A stretch of DNA of 64,000 nt from Eledone cirrhosa (Eukaryota), in assembly GCA_964016885.1 (NCBI GenBank), contig OZ024743.1:19530001-19594000 (forward strand). The letters run 5' to 3'. The position numbers and the translations under genes were made by a program. A model generated the notes under the pieces. The model was given only the letters and a program-made list of their open reading frames with translations, did not search any database and had not been told where the DNA came from. This document shows, piece after piece, positions 40,687 to 52,065 of this stretch (within the stretch, counting starts at the first letter, position 1; every line of letters starts with the position of its first letter).

Positions 40687-40789
40687 GGAAAATGTATGAC
40701 CCCGACGGCAGAGCTCAACCCATTTCGACGGCTATTTCTGGACTCTTTTCAAACGGCTTGAGCTCTGCCGTCGGGCACATACATTTCCC
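40687..40789. repeat. ~100-bp hairpin/MITE flanked by TA
   Basis: Arms ggaaaatgtatgaccccgacggcagagctcaa / ttgagctctgccgtcgggcacatacatttccc. Confidence 0.7.
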
Positions 40790-41222
40790 TATTACCCACT
40801 CTACTACCCTAAGTATTGAGTACTCTGTTGCATTATGGTCTTTACTACGTATTTGTCAGACTTAGTGTGTCTGTATGTATCTCCTTAGAGAAACGAAACC
40901 ACGAACGCAATCATCACACCACCATAAACACCGCTATTATTCATATTTGTCAGAAACAACTACACCACACCCATGCCACACACAAAATATCAGCCACATA
41001 TACTGCCAAACTGTCTACCGACAGCCAGCACCCCGACACCACCGCCCACTTCAACCTACGATCGACACCACAAACTTTTCACCAGACGCACCCCCACATA
41101 CACTACGTGCAAAAACATCCCTATGAACTAATCCACCCATCAAAACAAACATTAATGACCACCATTGGAACTTCTGACTTTATCATACAGCATGTATTCA
41201 TTCTTCCACTAACATTACAAGG

Positions 41223-41307
41223 GGTCTGACGAGCCGCGGATTACAGAGTCAGGTCAGATCGATACAGATCGAACCTTGAGCTGATCAGTGGCGAAACGCG
41301 CGTCACC
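41223..41307 (+). ncRNA. Type I hammerhead ribozyme with extended stem II
   Basis: ggt CTGACGA gccgc-(50 nt)-gtggc GAAA c-gcgc-g TC^ acc. Core is canonical, predicted GUC cleavage after 41304, palindromic stem III loop. Confidence 0.8.
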
Positions 41308-41362
41308 AACCAATAACTGTAATGAAGGAGTAACCAATCGTCCGTGTTATCTTATTTAACTA

Positions 41363-41400
<38 letters not shown>

Positions 41401-41408
41401 CATATATC

Positions 41409-41441
<33 letters not shown>

Positions 41442-41575
41442 TACATATATATACATATATACATATATATACATATATATATATACATATATACATATAT
41501 ATATACATAGATATATATACATTTATATGTATACATAATATATATATATATATATATACATGTATACATATATAC

Positions 41576-42170
41576 ATGGTGGCTGCCAACTCGTTTTCGA
41601 GTACGGCCACTACTTTATATCCATGTAGGAGAACCCCTACCGATGCGCTGAATAAGTGTGACTTTTTAGTCCAGCCAGCGACTTGAAAACTCTGGTACAA
41701 ACACTACACTTGTGACAATTATTGACACATAGTGTTGGGCCCATGGTACCATGTGACGACAAGTGCAGAGAGATCTCCAGATATAAAGCAATGTCTGTGC
41801 TGTGAAGCTTTTATAGTGAGCAAAGGCACTGCACAAAGCCAGTCCCACTCTCTTAACCAAGATGATATTTACCAAAAAGAAGAACAAGTCAACATCATTG
41901 GAAACCATCAGGGTTGCAGGTGTTATATCAGAGTTTTCCTTCTCCTAGAATTCTGCCTTGACAAAGGCTAAGGGGTCATCTCTCCTGGTGATTTTGGATG
42001 GCCATTGACTCTTAAGAGCTCCTTTGCCCTTTGACAGGTTTTGTTTTTAGTCCTGCAGGATGTCCAAAGTCACCCTCCTCACCAAGAAACCTTGGTGGGG
42101 TTGCCAGTTTAGTCGCCAACGACCCGACCATGGGACAGGTTGTACTGGGATACATGTTACCAGTAGCACA
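41576..42170 (-). mobile_element. ~590-bp non-coding element in (AT)n, possibly an internally deleted RTE derivative
   Basis: Discrete GC-richer block between AT tracts. The minus-strand start is structured (tactgg/ccagta hairpin, ggcgactaaactggcaacccc) and resembles RTE 5'UTRs; no RT motifs. Confidence 0.35.
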
Positions 42171-42189
42171 TATATACATAAATACATAC

Positions 42190-42225
<36 letters not shown>

Positions 42226-42229
<4 letters not shown>

Positions 42230-42338
42230 GTTTCTACGTTTGGTACAAGGCCAGCAAATACCCAGTACTTTACTGGTACTTTATTTTATCGACCCCGTAA
42301 GTATGAAAGGCAAAGTTAACCTCGGCGAGATTTGAACT
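42226..42338 (-). mobile_element. Deu/Nin-like SINE, 5'-truncated
   Basis: ttttatcgaccccgtaagtatgaaaggcaaagttaacctcggcgagatttgaact. Confidence 0.75.
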
Positions 42339-42480
42339 ATATATTGACCTATATTATAAGAGCTTTAAATCTAAATAGTTTGAGCCGAGACAAGAAAAAG
42401 CAACTAAATAACCATGAAATATCCTAACCATTAATATTCTACAATACTATTTCATTATAATATCATTATAATTTTAAAGG

Positions 42481-42652
42481 GTTTTAAAGGGCCGTGGAAT
42501 GGCAGTATCGGTAGAGGGTTGGACGCCATTCTTGGATGCATAGAGTTACGACCCTTGCCATTTTGAGTTCAAATCCCGCCGAGAAAACTTTGCCTTTCAT
42601 CCTTACGGGGTTGATAAAATAAAGTACCAGTAATGTACTGATTAATTGTACT
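42481..42652 (+). mobile_element. Deu/Nin-like SINE with 16-bp TSD
   Basis: tRNA-like head with box B; TSD ATTATAATTTTAAAGG at 42465-42480 and 42653-42668. Confidence 0.85.
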
Positions 42653-42721
42653 ATTATAATTTTAAAGGATTGTAAATAAAACGAGTAAATCAGACAAAGT
42701 TGAAATTCCTTTTATTAATAT

Positions 42722-45700
42722 GTTTCTTTTATTTGCCACCAGGGCATCAAAAGTGGGACAAGTACAATGGGGGGAGTTTACAAAACAAGGCGTCCTCAAT
42801 AAGGAGGAGGCAATAACAATATATAAAAATAAAATAAAATATAACAAAAAATAAAGTTTATAACAAAGTCCTCAATAGAGAGGAGGCGCCTTGGGGGGTC
42901 GCACACACCCCCGAAAAAAGTGTGCAACCCTTCTCCTCAGGAGCACAGAGAAGGGGTGCTCCCTTGGTCTTTCATCTTCCTCACCTATAGTCTGATGTAG
43001 AGTGAAGGCCCATTCACACGGGCCATTCTCGCCACTTTCACCCATCTTTCATAGAAACGGCTGGGGTGCAGCACCTCTCTCTCCATCCTGATCCTTCTTC
43101 CGAAATGATATCGGAAGAAACGGACCAGTTGTTGGCCAGAGAGAAAGGTGTCTGACCTCAGTCCTTTCAGACGCGTCCACCATACAACCTCTTTCGCCAT
43201 GGCTATTACGCACAGAAACACTGCCTCTCCTTCGTTTTTGAAGAGCGGAGGCGGCTTGATCGTTACAATAGACTCGGTGGTCAACCGGATTGGTCCCACT
43301 CTTGACAGCAGTTGTTCGACATAACCCCACAGATCGGTAATGCCCGAGCAGTGTACCAATGCGTGTGCAACGGTTTCCTCGTCGCACACGCATCTGGGAC
43401 AGATCTTTTTCGATGGGTCCCTACCCGGGCGCCCGTGTCTGTAGAGCCTTTCTCGAACGGGCAGAGCCCTTCTGTAGCATTGCCAGGCCAGGGACCTCTG
43501 GAAGTTATCCATGGGTCCCGGGCTGAATGTCCTACCGAACAGGTTGGCCAGTTCGTCTTCCTCCATGCCTAGGGCTTCTCCGAGGGCGTCGTCGCATCTG
43601 CTAACCACCAGCCCTCTATAGAATGACGAGGTGGATTCTCCACTGACAGCCGGGTCCGCCTGCCAGAGAGCCGTGAGTGCCTGGGCACACTCGGTGTGCC
43701 AGGCGCCCAGTTTTCTCGGTCTTTGCTTGACCCAGGATTGCAGCTCGGTGAGTAAGACGAGTCTGGGAAGGGCTCGCCTCACAAACGGGGCCCACACCGG
43801 TTGACCGGAGAGGAATACCTGAAGGTGCCGTAGCCTTAATACGTGTTTACGTATCATTAGCCACGGCATCCCCAGCCCTCCTTTCGATGGGTGTTGACAG
43901 CAGATGGATCTCCTCACCATAGGAGCCCGCTTCTTCCAAAGGAATTGGAAGAGTGCGCGCTCCATTTTGGCGAGCGTTTCCCTTGGGCAAGGCACAACGG
44001 TCAGGCGGTAGTAGATGACGGACGCTATATAAGTGTTCGCCACCTCCGCCCGTCCTTTCAGGGACAGCTTGCACTCGGCCCACTTCTGGGTCAGTGCAAA
44101 CACCCTGTTCGTCACCTCACCCCAGTTCTTCTCCACCTGGAGGTCTGGTCCGAACCAGACCCCAAGCAACTTCACCGGGCCCTCCGTCCAGCGCCCGACG
44201 ACGCCATCGGAGGGCATCGATCTGCCCCTCCACGTGCCGAGTTGCAGACCGATCGACTTGTCCCGGTTCAGCTTAGCCCCTGTAAACCTTTCGTACTCCT
44301 CTAGTAAGGTGCCGATCGCCCTGATTTCCGAGGCCGTCGACACCATTACTGTTACGTCATCGGCGTAGGCTGACACCGCTTTCCGCAATCCCGGTTCCAA
44401 CGGGATGCCCTGCAACAACTCCAACTTCCGCAGCAGTGTCTCTAGAGTCATTACATACAGAAGGGAGGAAAGAGGGCACCCCTGTCGGATGGACCGCGCG
44501 ATTTCGAACGGCTCCGAGAGGTAGCCGTTCACCTTGACCCTAGAGCAGATGCGGCTGCTGTGCATGGCATTGATCCAGCCCCTGAAAACGGGTCCGAAGC
44601 CTGCCGCCGCTAGCACCGCATCCAGGTAACCATGGTCGACCCTATCGAATGCCTTAGATTGATCCAAGTTGATCAGGGCCCCACCAAAGCCGGGTTCGTT
44701 CCCAACCCTCTCTATGATGTATCGCATGAGGTGGAGGTTATCGTGGATGGACCTGGACGGGATAGCACATGTCTGCGAATCTCCCACCAGGTTGCCCACG
44801 ACAAGCGCCAACCTCTTTGCTAGCACCTTGGCCAAAATCTGTAACTCTGTATTTAGCAGAGTTTTGGGCCTGAAATTATTTATATCGTCCCCCTTGTTCT
44901 CGTCCTTCCTCACTAGCGTGACTACGCCCTTGGTCACAGCACAGGGAATTCTCCCGTTCTGTTGCCAGTTGCAGTAGACCGCCTCGAGGAGTTCGAGGAA
45001 CAAGTCCGGCATAGCTAGATATAGTTCGTATGGAAGACCATCGAGACCCGGGGATTTGCGTTTGCCGCATTGGCTCAGCACGTCCTCTATCTCAGCGGCT
45101 GAAATCGGCTCCTCGCAGGACTTCGCTTCCCTGTCCGAGAGACGCGACAGGCCGTCGAGGTATGGACCGAAGTCCACGTCCCCAACCGGCCCCCCGCCCC
45201 TTCCGAACAATCCGGCAAAGTGCTTTTGAAAAGCCTCGCACATCTGCTTAGGTTCAAGGATCACCCGTCCATCCTGGTCTCGCAAAGACCGGATAGTGGA
45301 TCTGCTCCCTCTTTTGGCTTCTGTCACGCGGGCCCAGCAAACAGCTTTGGTCCCCTCGTTTCCCAGAGCACGTATTTTGCTTCGGACGATGCAGCCTTCG
45401 TGTTTCGCGTCGAAGAACTGGCCCAGGGCCGTTCTCGACGCTAGCACTCTGGCCACGTCGCCGCTTCTAATTGCCTCTTCTACACTATCTACCAACTCCC
45501 TTTCCTTCCTATTTCTATTTGAGGCTAACTCCTTACTAAATTCTATAGAGACTACTCTAATCTCTCTTTTGAGAGATCCCCACCACCTGCTGTTGACGAT
45601 GGCGCCCGTCAACCGCTCCTTAACTAAAGTGCTAATCCGGTTCCTGTAAGCCTTACTTGCCGGTAAGGACAAGTTGAGCTTCCAGTAACCGGGTCCCTGT

Positions 45701-46393
45701 CTATGAGTTCTGTCAAGGTTGACCATGCAGGTCACTAATTTGTGGTCTGAATAGCCAACCATGCGCATTTTTGGACAACTTAAAAAGTCCTTATCCTTAA
45801 TTCTAACTAAGAACCTATCTAGGTACGACCTAGATGATCCGCTACGATTTGCCCAAGTCCAGGTTGGCGCAGTCGGAAAATCTAGTCGATATCTATCGGC
45901 CAGGTCAAATCGACCGATTAACCCTTTGAGGCTATTACACCCCTCTCTATCGGGGCAGGCCCCTACGTAGTCCCAGCGTGCATCTAGGATACCATTCCAG
46001 TCCCCCACTAATAGCAAGGAGCGGGACGTCACGTCCCTAGAAAAGTCTCCAGACGATGGAAGAAGTCCGGCCGCATTGACCCGAAAGGGCCGTAGGCGGG
46101 TACCAACCTAAACGCTCCGCCTTTACCACTGCCAAGTTCCAGAACCACTAGTCGACCCTCCGGGTCCAAATGTACCATCTGAGTTGCGAGACCCAGATGT
46201 TTTTGCAGCAGAACGACAACTCCACCCCCACCTCCGGGCTGACAGAGAGATGCGTGCATCTCAAAGTCATCAAAGGTGGGGGCCAGCTGTCGCACGTTGC
46301 TGATCCGGGCCTCGCAAATAACCATCACATCTATACGTTGTGACCTGAGGTCATTTAGAAGCATTGCTTGCTTCCAAGTTGAGCCCAGGCCAC
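42722..46393 (-). mobile_element. 5'-truncated L1/Tx1-type LINE (copy B) with 17-bp TSD
   Basis: TSD ATTCCTTTTATTAATAT at 42705-42721 and 46394-46410. 3' end ggcaAATAAAagaaac; colinear with copy A. Confidence 0.95.
42985..46032 (-). CDS. Tx1-type ORF2, uninterrupted 1015 aa (APE C-terminal half, RT, CCHC finger); N-terminal part 46029..46364 shifted by a 5-bp duplication
   Basis: [35 protein letters not shown] and CPRCVCDEETVAHALVHC. GACGT is duplicated at about 46025-46035. Confidence 0.9.
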   Translation of the reverse strand: MTSRSLLLVGDWNGILDARWDYVGACPDREGCNSLKGLIGRFDLADRYRLDFPTAPTWTWANRSGSSRSYLDRFLVRIKDKDFLSCPKMRMVGYSDHKLVTCMVNLDRTHRQGPGYWKLNLSLPASKAYRNRISTLVKERLTGAIVNSRWWGSLKREIRVVSIEFSKELASNRNRKERELVDSVEEAIRSGDVARVLASRTALGQFFDAKHEGCIVRSKIRALGNEGTKAVCWARVTEAKRGSRSTIRSLRDQDGRVILEPKQMCEAFQKHFAGLFGRGGGPVGDVDFGPYLDGLSRLSDREAKSCEEPISAAEIEDVLSQCGKRKSPGLDGLPYELYLAMPDLFLELLEAVYCNWQQNGRIPCAVTKGVVTLVRKDENKGDDINNFRPKTLLNTELQILAKVLAKRLALVVGNLVGDSQTCAIPSRSIHDNLHLMRYIIERVGNEPGFGGALINLDQSKAFDRVDHGYLDAVLAAAGFGPVFRGWINAMHSSRICSRVKVNGYLSEPFEIARSIRQGCPLSSLLYVMTLETLLRKLELLQGIPLEPGLRKAVSAYADDVTVMVSTASEIRAIGTLLEEYERFTGAKLNRDKSIGLQLGTWRGRSMPSDGVVGRWTEGPVKLLGVWFGPDLQVEKNWGEVTNRVFALTQKWAECKLSLKGRAEVANTYIASVIYYRLTVVPCPRETLAKMERALFQFLWKKRAPMVRRSICCQHPSKGGLGMPWLMIRKHVLRLRHLQVFLSGQPVWAPFVRRALPRLVLLTELQSWVKQRPRKLGAWHTECAQALTALWQADPAVSGESTSSFYRGLVVSRCDDALGEALGMEEDELANLFGRTFSPGPMDNFQRSLAWQCYRRALPVRERLYRHGRPGRDPSKKICPRCVCDEETVAHALVHCSGITDLWGYVEQLLSRVGPIRLTTESIVTIKPPPLFKNEGEAVFLCVIAMAKEVVWWTRLKGLRSDTFLSGQQLVRFFRYHFGRRIRMEREVLHPSRFYERWVKVARMARVNGPSLYIRL

Positions 46394-46502
46394 ATTCCTT
46401 TTATTAATATAGCCTTCTATACACAATCATACACATCCGTGTCTATATATAAAATAAAATGAAATAAATAAGTCAAATGTTTAAAATTTGGCTTCGTTTA
46501 TT

Positions 46503-46557
46503 ACTGCTATATATATTTCGGTGACAGCCATCTTTGGCTGTGACCTCTTCAGGCAGT
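46503..46557 (-). ncRNA. Type I hammerhead ribozyme motif
   Basis: actgc CTGAAGA ggt-c-acagcc-aaagat-ggctgt-c-acc GAAA tatata TA gcagt; 5-bp stem I, intact core. Confidence 0.75.
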
Positions 46558-47560
46558 CCGAATTAGTGTGGTAGAGACGAGTACACATGTTGTTGAGGTG
46601 TATAACTTCGTTAATACTCTGATATGCCCAGTTCCTGGTTGGGTTGTTATTTCACTGAGGAACTGTTGACTTATTTATTTTATTTTATTTTACATTACTC
46701 CGGAGTAACCAAACCAACCTGCGCACTTCGTCGAGTGCTCCATTCTTCATACAGAGGTGTTGGTATACAACCACCATATACTCAAAATTTATATATATAT
46801 ATATATATACATTCCCGATGATTTCTCCCGAATGAAACAGTTCTAGTCCTGTAGAAGCCATTTCTATATTAATAATATATATATGGGTTTGTGGGTGTTG
46901 AATGCATCCCCTTTATAATATATGATTGCTATCAAAATGTTTATTGCTGTCAAATTATGTCCGCTGTTATACGCCCCTTTGTTCTGTGATGACGCATAAT
47001 CTTAAGGTAATGAAACACGTGGACACCACTAGGTTTTATTAACATATGCCTTTATGACATTCATGATATCTGTACTGTACTGTACCTGCATTATCGATAA
47101 GTGCATATTTAAGAAATCTAATTGAAATATCGAAATTATTCCCACGAAATTTTAGAGCCGAGAGTAACGTATAGGGTTTGATTCTTATTATATTCTTCTC
47201 TAAGATGTGTTATTGCACTCACACATTCACGCCTGGAAATGACTTATGTGAACACGGTAAATTAATAACATATCTATATATTGACCTATTTTATAAGAGC
47301 TTTACATCTAAATAGTTGGAGCCAAGACAAGAAAAAGCAACTAAATAACCATGAAATAACTTAACATGCACCAAACTCTTGTATGTATATATATATATAT
47401 ATTAACATATATATAGAATATATAGAATATTAAATGTATATATATAACATTTAATATTCTATATATTCTATATATATATATATGTGTGTGTGTATATATA
47501 TCTATATATATATATATATATGTATATGTGTGTGTATATATATATATGTATATATATATA

Positions 47561-48227
47561 GTTATACTTTGGGAGGGTCATGTTGCCAATAAGAAACACA
47601 TGCACCAGTTGCTTTATAAATTTAGGAATTTATAAATTTCCGGTTGGTTGGTTCCACAACCAGATGATTGTTCATATATTGTCAAAGTTCTTTCGTCACA
47701 CATTCTGTGACCTCTTCAGTGACTGGGGATTATTTTCTTTGTTTTGGGGCCTCTCCTTTGTTCTGTCCTACGCCATCTTGTTTTTGTGTGTGTTGTGTGC
47801 TTAGTTTGCGCATGTGTTACATCCGGGTGTCTGTGTGTGTTTATATTTGTTTATTTATTTGTTTATTTACATGTTACTGGTTGGTTGTTTGTTCTATGTG
47901 TGTGTGTGTTTTCATTTTGTCCTTAATTGTAAGTTGTGATGTTGCTGTTCCATTCATGTTTTCTATTTAATTTTGGTTGGAGTTCATTTATGTTTATTGC
48001 CTCTGTGATTTGTTTAAACATTGCGTCTTTTCTACACACAGAAATATATAAACAATATATAAACAGCATATAAACAATCATCTGGTTGTGGAACCAACCA
48101 ACCAACCGGAAATTTATAAATTCCTAAATTTATGAATTTAAATTTAAATTTAATTTATAATAAATTGAAGTGAAAGCAACGGGTGCGTGTGTTTCTTATT
48201 GGCAACATGTCCCTCCCAAATTATAAC
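47561..48227. repeat. Inverted-repeat element in (AT)n (PLE pLTR-like)
   Basis: Arms ~47561-47675 / 48065-48227; related sequence at 24722-24750; hammerhead adjacent to the left arm. Confidence 0.8.
47681..47723 (-). ncRNA. Minimal type I hammerhead ribozyme motif
   Basis: gtca CTGAAGA g-gtcac-agaatgt-gtgac GAAA gaac TT tgac. Confidence 0.65.
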
Positions 48228-48305
48228 AATATCGGTTTCAACACACGTTTTCAGATAAAGAATGTTGCTAAACAAATTCAGAAACGAAATATATATATAT
48301 ATATA

Positions 48306-48696
48306 TATATTAATAAAAGGAATTCCAACTTTGTCTGATTTACTCGTTTTTATTTACAATCCTTTAAAATTATAATGATATTATAATGAAATAATATGGT
48401 GGAATATTAAATGTTAAGTGTTAATTGAACAAGTACTTTCATGCTTTCGCAATCTTCAAGTTCATATTCTATGGTGACAGTCAAGTTTGCAATTTTCAAC
48501 TGTGAACAATTGCAAACTTGACTGTCACCACAGAATTGAACCTGAAGATTGCGAAAGCAGGAAAGTACTTGTTCAATTAACATTTAACATTTAATATTCC
48601 ACCATACTATTTCATTATAATATCATTATAATTTTAAAGAATTGTAAATAAAAACGAGTAAATCAGACAAAGTTAGAATTCCTTTTATTAATATAT
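48306..48696. repeat. ~390-bp palindrome (head-to-head pLTR-like arms) bounded by (AT)n
   Basis: ~190-bp arms with a 13-bp spacer at 48495-48507. Each arm has a hammerhead motif and AATAAA. The arm end recurs at 42425-42721. Confidence 0.9.
48534..48578 (+). ncRNA. Minimal type I hammerhead ribozyme
   Basis: aattgaac CTGAAGA t-tgc-GAAA-gca-g GAAA gtac TT gttcaatt: perfect 8-bp stem I, GNRA-capped stem II, palindromic GTAC loop III. Mirror copy on the minus strand at 48423-48464 has C3->T. Confidence 0.8.
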
Positions 48697-48756
48697 TTAA
48701 ATATATATATAAATATATATATATATATAGATATATAGATATCTATATATATATAT

Positions 48757-48919
<163 letters not shown>

Positions 48920-49010
48920 CACACATATATATATATACATATATATACACACACACATATATGTATATACATATATACACACATATATACATACACACAC
49001 ACACACACAC

Positions 49011-49042
<32 letters not shown>

Positions 49043-49298
49043 ATCTGTGTGTTTGTGTGCTTGTTTGTGCGCATGTGTATGATTTTCTGTGTGGAATAAT
49101 TAAAAGTGGTGTTCTATATAGGGATTGGTGGGATGAATTAATGATAATCAGATAATCTCACGTGCATGGGACAGATTTATGGGATTTTGTCATGGACAAT
49201 ATAGAAGCCATTGTGCTAATAGATTACCATGTGTCCTGTATTGATCTTACCCATGATCAATGTAGTTAACTTCTTAGACATGTAACGGAAGTGTATTG

Positions 49299-49409
<111 letters not shown>

Positions 49410-49714
49410 TGTGTGAGTGTGTATAAGTGTATGTTATGTTTAGAGTTGTACAGTTGAGGTTACAAGCTAATGAAAAGAGCAATCAACGAATAATAAGAAA
49501 TTCATAATGTCAGTTTAAATAGACTCCTCATAACCAGTGACTTTAACATGTAAACATGTATATCTCACGCGATGGAGAATAAACACTAAAATGTTCTTAA
49601 AAGCCACGTTCCTTGATGCCGTGTGATTTACTCTATTAACACTGATGACATACGATTAACATACGGTTTAGCAATTCAATAGATTTATATATCATATATT
49701 CTGCGTGTGTATGA

Positions 49715-50332
<618 letters not shown>

Positions 50333-50654
50333 TCAGAAGATCCCGTTAATTAACATGGTGAATTAACTGTTGTGGAACTACTTCTCTCTCTCTCTCTATA
50401 TATATATATAATTTCAGAAGATCCCGTTAAGGGTGAAAGCAGCGATTCTTTGCTTAAACTTTAATCTGTTATTTTAATATATATATATTTAATTTGAATT
50501 AATTGACAAGCAAAGGAAGTACTTCAAATAGTTTTATTAATGTTTACACACGTTTCAACGTTAGCTCTGTGTTCTCTTCGATACATTGAGCTTTTCAACA
50601 TTCAACAATGAACGAGTCACATACCCGTATATTCATCTCCAATATATATATGTA

Positions 50655-50733
50655 GAAGAAGAAGAAGAAGAAGAAGAAGAAGAAGAAGAAGAAGAAGAAG
50701 AAGAAGAAGAAGAAGAAGAAGAAGAAGAAGAAG
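50655..50733. repeat. (GAA)n microsatellite
   Basis: Direct reading. Confidence 0.95.
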
Positions 50734-51559
50734 ACACCCTAAAGTTCCGTTTACATGCTTATGTTTTTATTGAGTATCGATCTGTTACGTACGTTTCACT
50801 GATGATTGGCTAAAGGACCACTATACTATATAAATATATACGCGTGTTATTGTGCTTTTGTTAAAAAGAATAATATCCGTATTTCCATTTATCATAGATT
50901 TGCGATATCAAATTTACACAGCGTTGTCCCATAATTATATCTTGCGCATATTTGTATTAAATATATATATTATGCCAATACAACATATTTCACTCAATGT
51001 TTCCCTTTATTATATTTTGATTGAATGTTCACTCCCCTAAATTGTCGGCCTTGTGCTTAATTTAGAAACCATTATATATTCGCATTCAAGCAATTGTCGC
51101 TCCTGCTTCGGAGGCAACTTAATCAGAATAAGCTTTCCAGTAAAAAAAATGTTTAGGTTTTCAATATTAGTAACATATAATAAAACCTTATTGATTTTTT
51201 TTTTATAAAAGTAATACAAAATATTTAGTACGGTGGTCAGTGTAGGGGCTTAAGGCAAAGTGATAAATTGTTGAATGGTTGATACACAAAAATCCATATA
51301 AATATAAAAGAAACCAGCGTGAAGGCCTGGAAATCCCTAAGTAACTAATGGAATATCAAATATTTATATGTAAATGGATCTAGCAATAGAGAGGTTATTT
51401 TGGCCATTAGATTCTCCAACACTCACACACACAAGCATATCGAAACATCAGTGAACCACAGAAGACAGCCGATGAGCGGGAATTGTCCTTGTCTTTGTGT
51501 TGCTCATGTTTCCTATATATCGACAGTCGATCGAATTTCAAATCGGACTATGTCTCCAT

Positions 51560-51730
51560 TGGGACTATGTCTCAATTGCTAATATTATATATTGGTCGTA
51601 ACTTCCAGGTAGAAGGAGCAACATGAAATAAAGTGTCTTGCTCAAGGGCATAACATATCGCCCGGTCCAGGACTCGAACTCACAACCTCATGATGGAAAA
51701 TCTAATTCTCTAACCACTCAGCCACACGCC
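51560..51730 (-). mobile_element. tRNA-derived SINE with CORE-like domain
   Basis: Minus strand ggcgtgtggctgagtggttag...gtgagttcgagtcctgg...cccttgagcaagacacttt. Confidence 0.7.
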
Positions 51731-51903
51731 TTTCTACACACACACACACACATATATATATATAGACACACACCCACACATATCTCTATACACACAAATA
51801 CCCGCAACCCCTATATAAATAAATATATATAAGTAAGGATGCAATTGGATTGCGTTCACAGGCATTATGCCGAGATGAGTAGACGTGCTTTTACATGTGA
51901 AAG

Positions 51904-51994
51904 CACATATCTGATGAGCTTTCGATTCCAGAGTCAGGAACGAACATAATCTATCGCTCTTGGAGCTGATCGGCAGTGAAACATATAATATGTG
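51904..51994 (+). ncRNA. Type I hammerhead ribozyme with extended stem II (second member)
   Basis: cacatat CTGATGA gct-(54 nt)-agt GAAA cata TA atatgtg; perfect 7-bp stem I; stem II insert homologous to 41233-41292. Confidence 0.75.
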
Positions 51995-52065
51995 ATTAAA
52001 TATTCATAATTATTGTTATTATTATTATTATCATTATTATTATTATTACCATTATTATTATTACC

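Noticed and set aside
42100-42170. HDV-like ribozyme at the start of the 590-bp element
   Set aside because: P2, P3, P4 and J4/2-like pieces are visible, but no P1 pairing could be assigned.
51640-51730. tRNA gene
   Set aside because: A/B boxes are followed by a SINE body and do not form a full cloverleaf; the same applies to the other SINE heads.
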